NCBI RefSeq assembly: GCF_000143415.4
Contig: NW_003314389.1
Location: 208,892 to 272,891, forward strand
From: Selaginella moellendorffii
Lineage: Eukaryota > Plantae > Lycopodiophyta
Direction of reading: 5' to 3'
Length of the DNA stretch: 64,000 nt
The translations under genes and the position numbers were made by a program. Below the pieces are notes generated by a model that was not told the DNA's origin, searched no databases, and saw nothing but the letters and a program-made list of their open reading frames with translations. Below are positions 13,413 to 23,646 of this stretch, in pieces. Position 1 is the stretch's first letter. Each line of letters starts with the position of its first letter.

Positions 13413-13606
13413 TGTAAGCTCCTGAGTTTGGACTTCCCGGGAGGTCACCCAGCCCAGTACTATTCAAACCCAAGGACGCTTAACCCCAAATATCCCAAGA
13501 CCCTTAACCGATTGGAAAAGGGGGTGCACTTTTGTTCATGGGCCCTTTCCCTCTATATTTAAACCCCATGGATCGTCTCTCCAGTCGTTCCCTTTGGTTG
13601 CTTACA
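13413..13606 (-). mobile_element. Solo LTR of Cassandra-like TRIM containing a 5S rRNA-derived segment
   Basis: TG..CA ends, perfect TSD CGGAC, 5S-like segment 13430-13484; interrupts the integrase C-terminus of element C. Confidence 0.9.
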
Positions 13607-16600
13607 CGGACTAGCCTTCTTTGCATCAATCTCTGGAACCTGGATGATGGACTGATCCATGAGATCACCAGAGTGCAAACACACTTTAAGTTTGCTCACA
13701 TGGAACGTTGGATGAATCTTCGAACTAACTGGCAAGTCCAAAGTGTATACAAGATCCCAATTTTCCAAGGCCCACAATACCATGGAGACAACTTAGCACT
13801 GCCACCTACTTTCAGAGCATTGTGCATTCAATAGCTTAAGGAAAACCTTATCACCAACTTTGTATTCTTGATAACAACGATGCTCATCAACCAATCTTTT
13901 GTCTCCCTCTTGAGCTTGCCTCATGTTCAATTTTGCCAACTCAAGCTTGTCTTGCATATCCTCTAGGAAATCATAAGCATGAGGAACCCAAATCAAAGCC
14001 AAATTTAAACTCACAAGAGACCTAGGCTCATAACCATATATCGCCATAAAGGGAGATATGCCAATAGTTGATTGATGAGCGCTATTGTGAGCAAACTGAA
14101 GAAAAGGCAAATACTTCTCCCATACTCCCTGTTGAGTCAAGTTTCCCACAAAAGACCTTAGCATATCTTCTAATAGCTGATTCATGCGCTTTGTTTGCCC
14201 ATCAGATTGTGGATGCTCACCACTACTCATGCTCAGCTTAGTCTCTAGCTTCTCAAAGACTGTTTGCCAAAACTTGGACATGAACTTGGGATCCCGATCA
14301 CTCACAATGTCACCCGGCAAACCATAGAGACTGAATAACCGGTCTACAAACAACTAAGCAAGTTCAGAAGCTTTTATCGTTGTCTTCACAAGGAAGAAGT
14401 GAGCCACCTTCGTCAAATGATCCACAACAACCCAAATAGTATCATTTCCTCAAAGGTTTTGAGCAAACCAGTGATAAAGTCCATTGAGATGCTATCCCAC
14501 TTATTCTTGGGTACACATAAAGGATGATAGAGGCCAGCGAACTTTTGATGATCAACTTTGACCGCCTAGCAAGTCAAACAACCATGTACGTACTTCTCAA
14601 CATCTAACTTCATCCCAGGCCAAAAGAAATGCCTCTTCACCAACATATACATTCTCAATACCCCCGGATGCCCAACACTTGGCACATCATGACACTAAAC
14701 CAAAATCCATTTGATGAGTTTGTCAACACAAGGAACCACTACACGTCCCTTCTTCACCAAGATTCCATCTCATATCTCGAATGACGCAAACTTGTCACCC
14801 TTTAAATCTGTAGAGGCGTCCCTCAACAAAACCTTCACACAAATATCAGTGATAAAGGAGTCGAAGTCAGTAAACTCGTTAAGCTCATCCAAGAGATCAC
14901 TGGATAGCTTCACAAACGAGATAGAATTTACCATCTTGGATAATGCATCAGCCACCTTATTGTCACCTCCATGCTTGTACTGGATCTTAATAAACATTTT
15001 CTACAGGAACTCTTGCTAACGAGCAAGGTAGCTTCGAAGATCCACATCTTATCATTCATTGACCCCTTCAGAAAAATCTTTGCTCTGATGTCCAACTTTA
15101 TGGCAACGAAAACAATTGCCCTCCACCTTATCCTTCTCTCGCTGGTCCAAACAAAGTTTCTTAGCCTCACTGCCATCTTCATGCTTCAAGCCACAATGGA
15201 ATAATGACTATTTCTTCCCTAAATATGAAGAGCTGGTCATCACATTGACTACTCCATAGACCATCTCGTTGACCAGAGTTGACTGAGTTGACTGATGGTT
15301 TGGACGAAAAGATTTGAGCCTTAGTGATAGCATTAGTCAATGTTGCTGGAAAATCCTTCTTGACCTTCTACTGCACATCCACTAAGCTTAATCCTTTGAT
15401 GAAACATTGCATCTTTAGCAGCTTATTATAGGTGCCCGTGAGACTAAAGCAAAGATCATGGAACTTCTGGGCATACGCATCCAAAGACAAAGTCCTCTGC
15501 CGGATCTCTAATAGCTGGTTCACGAGATCAACCTCTTCAAACTTCTTGACAAATGAAGCACGGAAAACCTTCATCAAATCAATCCAAGAAGTTGGCTTTG
15601 GATTAGCTTTGATGTAATTCTTCCACCACGAAGAAGCATGGCACATAAGCTTCGTCATAAAGAAATCTATCTTCACTGTATCCTCACAAGGATTGTGAGA
15701 CCAACAACTTTCCCACAATTCCAACTAAGAATCAACCTCTTAACTATCACAAACATCCGGTGATGATTTCCATTCCATGATACCATAAGCCTTGGCATGT
15801 TTGACATACCAATGGTAATCATGGACATGAGATTGGTGTAAGGAACCGACTCCCCGAGATGTCGTAGGCTAAAGGATCCCCAAAAGCTTGACCGAAATGA
15901 CAAAGAGTTTATCGGATGGGACCAAGTCGAGGATCGAGTCCAAGACTGACTCTAGGACCAAGTTCGAGATAGAGTCCGGAATCGAGTCCGAGACCGACTC
16001 GGGGACCGAGTTCGAGTCCGAGTTCGAGACCGAGTTCGAGACGGAGTCCGAGATCCGAAATCGGGTCCGAGACCGAGTCCGAGGTTGAGTCCGAGGTCGG
16101 GTCCGAGATCGGGTCCGAGATCGAGTCCGTGATCGAGTCCGAACCCGAATCCGAAGTCGGATCCGAAATCGGGTCCGAGATCGAGCCAGAGACTAAGTCC
16201 AAATACTAATACGGGTCAAGGGGTGAAAGCCCAAAGCGTGCGTCTCCCAGGGGGGGGGGGGGGGCTGCAGGGGGTTCCAAAAGTATAGTAGGGATAGTGA
16301 GGTCCAGGAACCAGTTTTGAAGGGACTCTCCAGTTGGGCTTCCAAACCGACTTGAGGTTGGGACTGGGACCGAGGGGCCTTGGGTGGGAGTGAGCATGGA
16401 CTTGGCTGGTGCCGGAGGGGCCATCCAAGGAAGTGCTCAAGAGCAGCTCCCACTCCCGAAAGGGAAACCGATTGCGGTGCTCTTGGCTCATGTGGAGTGG
16501 TGCCCCACTTGAGTACCATGCGGCTCATTGGTCCTCGCCCTTCCTAGGGGCTTGGGCCTTCCTTCGGGATGGAAGTGGGGGGCGAGAGGTACCCATACCG

Positions 16601-17127
16601 GGCCGCTAGGCCACGGTGTTTCACCCCGGCGTCCCGAAGCAAGTGTTGCACTCAAGACTTGGGATTTAGAGGGTCCCATGATCAAGTCTTGTGGTACCAA
16701 GGGATGTTAGGAACCTGGAAGCTTGGTGTGCTTGGCTGCTTGTGCTTGCGGGGAGTGTAGCCGAACCTTAAGTCCAGTCTAACCCGGGGAGGGGGATTGA
16801 GAGTGATTTGGGAATCCGTGGAAGGATGCTAACACTCCGTTGCTCGTGCAGTGAGTAGCTGAAACAAAGTAGGAGCTGGTACCATAGGCGAAAACCTTGG
16901 CAAGGGAACTTAGCAAAAGCCAAGGAAGTGTTGGACGGATAGACGAGGTAAGCTGACAAATTGGAAAGGAAAAATTTGTGGCTTACAATTTGGTATCGGA
17001 GCCTCTTCCTCAGTTCTAGAGAAGGATAGAGGCGGATTGCTGGGAGATGGCAAGGGCAGGATGTAAGCGAACCTAGGCAGAGACGGAACCTCCTCCAGAG
17101 CTGGAGCCTCCGGTCGAACAGGAGGCG

Positions 17128-19116
17128 ATGGATGAGGAATCCTTGCATGAGGAGGACTCCAGTGAGGCAACTTCCAAACAGGAGTCTGGTGGTGAGGTTC
17201 GGTCGTCCAAGGCTCGATTGGATGTTCTAGAAGGACAATTGGCACAGACCAATGCCCTGCTAGAGACTCTCATATGCAAGCTAAAGCGTGACGAGAAGCG
17301 GAAGAAAAAGCAAAAGACTGTGGATGCTGGTAGCGCAGAAGGTGTGGACCCTTCGGCAGGGACTGAGGCAAAACCAGACAAGGTCGAACAGACCGAAGTG
17401 GAATCGGTCCCTCAGGCAGTTCCCAAGTACAAACCAAAGCCCCCACCGGTCTTCAAGGGAGTGAACGACTATAAGGTGGTGGAGGATTGGTTCTACGATA
17501 TGGAGGACTACTTCCGAGCGTTGCGATTACCAAGCTCGGAGAAGGTCCCATGTGCAAAACCATACTTGGCAGATAATGCCAAGTCTTGGTGGAGAACGAC
17601 AGAGGCCAACGAAGGACCGGTGGCCACTTGGGAAATGATGAAGGCGAGGATCCGCGCAACTTACGTTCCTCCGAATGCTACTCTGCATCTAAGGGACGAG
17701 CTGAGTAGGCTGAAGCAGACCGGAACCATTCAGGAGTATGTGAATGGGTTTATGGCAAAGAGGATACTTGTCACGGACATGGGGGATATGGATGCATTCC
17801 ATGCCTTCATATCAGGTTTGCAAACCTGGGCTCGCGGCGAAGTAATGCGGTGGAACCCGACCAACTACAAAGAAGCGTTGGATGCGGCCATCAAGGTGCA
17901 TTTCAACGATAACCTGCGAAAGGGGAACACGACGGGGTTGGGATCCACGTTTAGCAAAGGGGCCAAACCAAGGGGAACGTTTAGCAGAGGGAAATTCAAG
18001 AAGAGTTTCTCTAAGAATGAGTCCTCGGGGTTTTGGAAAGGCAGATCCGGTGGCCAGCGAGCGAGTACGTGGGGGAGTCAGGCGAAAAGAGACAAACCCA
18101 CGGATAAGAAGGTCAAGTCATATAGCAGCGTGGGAAACAACGTATGCTACAACTGCGGTGAAGCGGGACACTTCTCGAGGGAATGTCCCTACCCGAAGAA
18201 GGCCAGAGCCAATATGGCCATCAAGTCGGGTGAAGTCCAAACAGAGGTATGTGATCCAGCCCCTAACTCAAAGTTACTCATTACACGAGCAACTTTGGTA
18301 GAGAGTCGTTCGCGACATCTACTAGCCCTCCGAGGGAAGCTCAGAGGTAGCTTTGTTAAAATCCTTATTGACACGGGTGCTTCGGATAATTTTGTGGCTG
18401 CAGACATAGTCCGGCAAGCCGGACTAACGATGCAGTGGCTAGGCGAACCAAGGACTATAGAGTTTGTTCAAGGTAGCCAAAGCACTGATGAGGTACTTCG
18501 ACAAGCGAGAGTCGAAGTGGGGACTTGGAAGGTGGACATGGACTTCACCGTGTTGGACATGGCGGGATTTGACGTGATCTTCGGAATGGACTGGTTCAAT
18601 CGATTCGTGGTAGCCCTGCATGGACAAGGTAGAAACCTTGTGGTACTGGCGAATGCCCAAGGAAGAAGATCTAGGGTGGAGGCCCAAGATCTAAAGGTAG
18701 GGCAAAGCAAGGCCAAAGATTCCTGCTTAAACCTGGTGTCCACGAGAGGACAACTCACTAAGGGAACTAATGCGGCCTTTTTGTGCTTACTCTCGGTGAA
18801 GAGTGACAGAAAGACAGGAATGGAAGAAGTACCTTTAGTGATCCAACGGGTGTTGGACCAATTCCAGAATACCATGCCGGAGGAGCTACCGGCGGGGCTG
18901 CCCCCAGCACGACCGATAGAACATAAGATTGAGCTGGTCGAGGGTGCTGAGGCAGTGGTTCGTCCCCCTTATCGTTTGAACGAAAAAGAACTCAAGGAGC
19001 CCAAGTGCCAACTAGAGGAGTTGGTGGACAAAGGGTATGTTAGGTTGAGCAAGTCGCCGTATGGGGCGCTGGTGTTATTTGTGAAAAAGAGCGACCATCG
19101 AATGTACATGAGTTGA
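17128..19116 (+). CDS. Element E Gag-protease plus start of RT
   Basis: Open 662-aa ORF with retrotransposon gag (LKQTGTIQEY), zinc knuckle CYNCGEAGHFSREC, protease LIDTGAS and RT N-terminus SKSPYGALVLFVKK. Confidence 0.9.
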   Translation: MDEESLHEEDSSEATSKQESGGEVRSSKARLDVLEGQLAQTNALLETLICKLKRDEKRKKKQKTVDAGSAEGVDPSAGTEAKPDKVEQTEVESVPQAVPKYKPKPPPVFKGVNDYKVVEDWFYDMEDYFRALRLPSSEKVPCAKPYLADNAKSWWRTTEANEGPVATWEMMKARIRATYVPPNATLHLRDELSRLKQTGTIQEYVNGFMAKRILVTDMGDMDAFHAFISGLQTWARGEVMRWNPTNYKEALDAAIKVHFNDNLRKGNTTGLGSTFSKGAKPRGTFSRGKFKKSFSKNESSGFWKGRSGGQRASTWGSQAKRDKPTDKKVKSYSSVGNNVCYNCGEAGHFSRECPYPKKARANMAIKSGEVQTEVCDPAPNSKLLITRATLVESRSRHLLALRGKLRGSFVKILIDTGASDNFVAADIVRQAGLTMQWLGEPRTIEFVQGSQSTDEVLRQARVEVGTWKVDMDFTVLDMAGFDVIFGMDWFNRFVVALHGQGRNLVVLANAQGRRSRVEAQDLKVGQSKAKDSCLNLVSTRGQLTKGTNAAFLCLLSVKSDRKTGMEEVPLVIQRVLDQFQNTMPEELPAGLPPARPIEHKIELVEGAEAVVRPPYRLNEKELKEPKCQLEELVDKGYVRLSKSPYGALVLFVKKSDHRMYMS

Positions 19117-21291
19117 GGGCGTTCCTGGGGCTATGCAACTACTATCGAAAGTTTATCAGACACTATTCGAGAGTAGCCCTGCCCTTAACGGACCAAACAG
19201 GAAAAGGGAAGATGGTATGGACAGCAGAATGCGAGGCGGCATTCGTCCACCTCAAAGGGAAGTTGAGGAAGGCTCCCGTATTGGCATTACCAGACTTTGG
19301 TAAGGACTTTGAGGTAGAAACGGATGCTTCGGACTTTGCGTTGGGTGCAGTTCTAAAGCAAGACAACCATCCGGTAGCGTTCTTCTCGAAGAAGCTGGAC
19401 AAGGCTCAACGGAAGTGGCCTGCCCACGAGAAGGAATTGTTTGCGGTGGTCAAGGCACTCAAGGAGTGGCGACACTACCTTGGGAGACACTTCAAGGTTT
19501 ACACGGACAATGTGGCAACGAAACACTTCTTGTCACAGCCCGACCTAAGAGGCAAACAAGGTCGGTGGGCCAATGCCTTGGCCGAGTTTGATTGCGAAAT
19601 TCTGTACAAGCCTGGGAAGAGCAACATCGTGGCGGATGCGCTAAGTCGAAAAGCGAGCTTGAAGTTGGCAATATCCAGCGCAACAGCAACCTTCTGGGAC
19701 GATGTGCGGACAGTATATGAGAACAATGGTCTAGCACAGGAAGTGTTGCTGAGGAATCTAGAGGCACGGGAAGCTCACCAGAGAGGTGAGCTGCCAACGG
19801 AAGAGAAAACGGGCTATGCAGAATGCAACGGACTCATTTATTACAAGCAAACGAGGGTGTATGTTCCAGAAGGGGAACTAAGGAAGGTGGCCTTAGAAGA
19901 GTGTCATGACGGACCTCTTGCGGGAAACAGTGGAGTGCCCAAGACGATGGGCTTACTCAAAAGGAAGTACCATTGGCCAGATATGGCTAAGGACGTCCAA
20001 GACTATGTAAAGACATGTCCAACATGTCAGCAAGTAAAAGCCGTGACTAAGGCTAGTGGGGGCTTGTTGCAAAGCATCCCAATTCCAGATCGCCCGTGGA
20101 AATGTCTTACGATGGACTTCATCACGGGACTCCCCCCAAGCGAGGGGTTTGATGCGATATTCGTGGTGGTGGACCAATTTTCGAAAATGGCACATTTCAT
20201 ACCCACCACAACAGAAGTGGATGCGGAAGGTGTGGCAAAGCTGTTCTTCGAACAAGTGGTTCGAGTGCGGGGAAGGCCGGAAGAGATTATCTCAGATCGA
20301 GATAAGATCTTCACTAGTAGGTTCTGGAGGACACTCCTAGAACAGTATCGCACAAAATTGAAATTCAGCACAGCCTATCACCCACAGACAGGTAATGGGT
20401 ATTAAGTCAAGATTGATGGCACTAACACTTCTTGACAGACAGACAAACGGAAAGGGTGAATAGGCAGCTGGAGGATTATTTGCGATGCTATGTCTCGGGA
20501 GACCAGACTGACTGGGTAAGTCATTTGGGACTTGCGGAAATGTGTTATAACAACTCACCACACTCAAGCATCGGGGTGAGTCCATGGGAAGTCATCAATG
20601 GGCGAGCTATTGAAGGTCCTGTGGAACTCGGCGTGGCCGAGTATCATGGAGAGTTACCCGCAGTGGAGGCATTCACGGCGGAAAGACTCAACATTTGGAA
20701 TCTAGTGAGGGATTCCTTGGAACGGGCTCAACAAAGGCAAACTAAGTACGCGAACCAGAAGCGTCGGGATGTGGAGTTCCAAGCTGGGGAGAAGGTGTGG
20801 CTGAACACTAAGAACCTCAGACTACCAAGTGGGATCAGCCGAAAGTTGACCCAAAGGTAAAGATGCATGTATTCCTGTAAATGAATTGATCTTGAGTTCC
20901 TTAAGTAGGTTCGCGGGGCCTTATGAAATTGAGGCACGAATCGGTAAAGTGGCTTACCGACTCCGACTTCCTCGAGAGATGGGGAAGATGCACCCAGTGT
21001 TCCACGTGGAACTTACTCAATCCGTACTTTGAGGATCCGCTTCGCAAGGACCAAGTGAGACCTTTACCTGAGGTTATCCAAGGGGAAGAGGAATACGAAG
21101 TCGAGGCCATCCTCAATGCGCGCAAGAGCAAGCGACAAGGACGCGAGGTGAGAGAGTTCCATGTGAAGTGGAAAGGATTTCCACACTGCGAAGCAACATG
21201 GGAACCGGAGGAGAACCTAGCGAACGCTCGAGAACTAGTGGAGGAATTTCTGCAAGGCAGAACTCTATGTACTTATGCAAAATTCAATTAA
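19113..21291 (+). CDS. Element E RNase H-integrase-chromodomain, split by introns 20392-20438 and 20857-20908 and one 1-bp frameshift near 21009
   Basis: RAFLGLCNYYR, ETDASDFALGAVL, zinc-binding region, MDFITGLP and ISDRD. Splicing restores YHPQTDRQTERVN and KLTQRFAGPY. Chromodomain YEVEAIL..VKWKGFPHCEATWEP. Confidence 0.85.
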
Positions 21292-23038
21292 AAATATCAA
21301 TTTGCAAAGTTGAGCAAGTGCAATATGTTGGGACCCGAAGGCGCGCCAAAGGTAAGCTAATTAGCATGGGTTGGATAGGTCGATCAGGCGTAGGGCACTA
21401 CGCCCGACTCCCCGCGGGGATGTCGAATCTGTAGACGTATTCTACGGAGGTTGGGTTCGAGTCCCAACCCCCTAGTAAAGCAAGGCTGGGTTCAAGTCCC
21501 GACCCCATACTAGGGCGTGGTGAGGTGAGGAGTATAGGGACACCTATATTCCGTTGTCATGGGCTCTTGGCCGGGGAGGCTAACTTAGGCACACCGCTAA
21601 GTGGGGGGATGCCCCCGGAGACATGGTCAACAAGTCGTAGGATAAAACGAGACGTTCGATGTGGGCATCGAACTTCTTCTATGGGTGGTGGAGTTGTAAG
21701 GAACCGACTCCCCGAGATGTCGTAGGCTAAAGGATCCCCAAAAGCTTGACCGAAATGACAAAGAGTTTATCGGATGGGACCAAGTTGAGGATCGAGTCCA
21801 AGACCGACTCTAGGACCGAGTTTGAGATAGAGTCCGGAATCGAGTCCGAGACTGACTCGGGGACCGAGTTCGAGTCCGAGTTCGAGACCGAGTTCGAGAC
21901 AGAGTCCGAGATCCGAAATCGGGTCCGAGACCGAGTCCGAGGTCGAGTCCGAGGTCGGGTCCGAGATCGGGTCCGAGATCGAGTCCGTGATCGAGTCCGA
22001 ACCCGAATCCGAAGTCGGATCCGAAATCGGGTCCGAGATCGAGCCAGAGACTAAGTCCAAATACTAATACGGGTCAAGGGGTGAAAGCCCAAAGCGTGCG
22101 TCTCCCAGGGGGAGGGGGGGGTGCAGGGGGTTCCAAAAGTATAGTAGGGATAGTGAGGTCCAGGAACCAGTTTTGAAGGGACTCTCCAGTTGGGCTTCCA
22201 AACCGACTTGAGGTTGGGACTGGGACTGGGACCGAGGGGCCTTGGGTGGGAGTGAGCATGGACTTGGCTGGTGCCGGAGGGGCTATCCAAGGAAGTGCTC
22301 AAGAGCAGCTCCCACTCCCGAAAGGGAAACCAATTGCGGTGCTCCCGGCTCATGTGGAGTGGTGCCCCACTTGAGTACCATGCGGCTCATTGGTCCTCGC
22401 CCTTCCTAGGGGCTTGGGCCTTCCTTCGGGATGGAAGTGGGGGGCGAGAGGTACCCATACTAGGCCGCTAGGCCACGGTGTTTCGCCCCGGCGTCCCGAA
22501 GCAAGTGTTGCACTCAAGACTTGGGATTTAGAGGGTCCCATGATCAAGTCTTGTGGTACCAAGGGATGTTAGAAACCTGGAAGCTTGGTGTGCTTGGCTG
22601 CTTGTGCTTGCGGGGAGTGTAGCCAAACCTTAAGTCCAGTCTAACCCGGGGAGGGGGATTGAGAGTGATTTGGGAATCCGTGGAAGGATGGCTAACACTC
22701 CGTTGCTCGTGCAGTGAGTAGCTGAAACCAAGTAGGAGCTGGTACCATAGGCGAAAACCTTGGCAAGGGAACTTAGCAAAAGCCAAGGCAGTGTTGGACG
22801 GATAGACGAGGTAAGCTGGCAAATTGGAAAGGAAAAATTTGTGGCTTACAATTGGTTCAACCCTTGAGGGTCCATGCGAAGCAAGAAATCCTTAATGAGA
22901 TTAATAGAATCCTTAACCTCCTTTATGTCGTTCTGAACCTCAGAAATCTGGCGTCCTTGCTGCACAACGACATCATCAAGAGTCTCTTCCACATCATCAT
23001 GGCTATCATCACTAACACTATACTCCTCATCAGGATCA

Positions 23039-23632
23039 TATAAGCTCCTGAGTTTGGACTTCTCAGGAGGTCACCCAGCCCAGTATTATTTAAACCCAAG
23101 GACGCTTAACCCCAAGTATCCCAAGACCCTTAACTGATTAGAAAAGGGGGTGCACTTTTATTCATGGGCCCTTTCCCTCTATATTTAAACCCCATGGACT
23201 GTCTCTCAAGTTGTTCTCTTTGGTTGCTTACAATCCACCACACTTCCCTGTAAGTTCACGTCCTCGTGAATGGAAGCTGAGATCTGCAGCTCTCCCGAGA
23301 GGCCCGCTCTCTTGACACCCTACCCCTCGGGTCGAGCCCAGCAGGAGCAAATTGGACCAGCTAGATGTCAATCAACATGTGGTGTGATTCCCTTAGCCAA
23401 CCAACAGAGTCGGACCTGAGACCTCTCTGATACCAAATGTAAGCTCCTGAGTTTGGACTTCTCGGGAGGTCACCCAGCCCAGTACTATTCAAACCCAAGG
23501 ACACTTAACCCCAAGTATCCTAAGACCCTTAACCGATTGGAAAAAGGGGGTGCACTTTTATTCATGGGCCCTTTCCCTTTATATTTAAACCCCATGGACT
23601 ATCTCTCAAGTCGTTCTCTTTGGTTGCTTATA
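23039..23632 (-). mobile_element. Complete Cassandra-like TRIM (5S rRNA-containing LTRs, non-coding)
   Basis: LTRs 23039-23232 and 23438-23632 with a 205-bp interior. Minus-strand PBS TGGTATCAGAG (tRNA-iMet) and PPT GGGAAGTGTGGTGGAT; TSD GATCA. 5S segments at 23056-23110 and 23455-23509. Confidence 0.9.
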
Positions 23633-23646
23633 GATCAATGTCTTGG

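Larger units (their letters stand above)
15837..22850 (+). mobile_element. Young chromodomain Ty3/Gypsy element E (RT core deleted, intron-containing integrase)
   Basis: LTRs 15837-16987 and 21695-22850 are about 98% identical by eye. Perfect TSD ATTGG, PBS TGGTATCGGAGCC 16991-17003, PPT ATGGGTGGTGGAGT 21681-21694. Confidence 0.95.

Noticed and set aside
13430-13484. 5S rRNA gene
   Set aside because: Only about 55 nt of the internal control region, embedded in an LTR, with no full 120-nt gene.
21449-21470. tRNA gene
   Set aside because: The T-arm/B-box is present but there is no convincing acceptor stem or A-box; reported as a structured element instead.
13413-23632. 5S-containing LTRs appearing to flank a coding gag-pol (an autonomous Cassandra)
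   Set aside because: Each Cassandra piece has its own TSD (CGGAC, GATCA); the coding DNA belongs to elements C and E.
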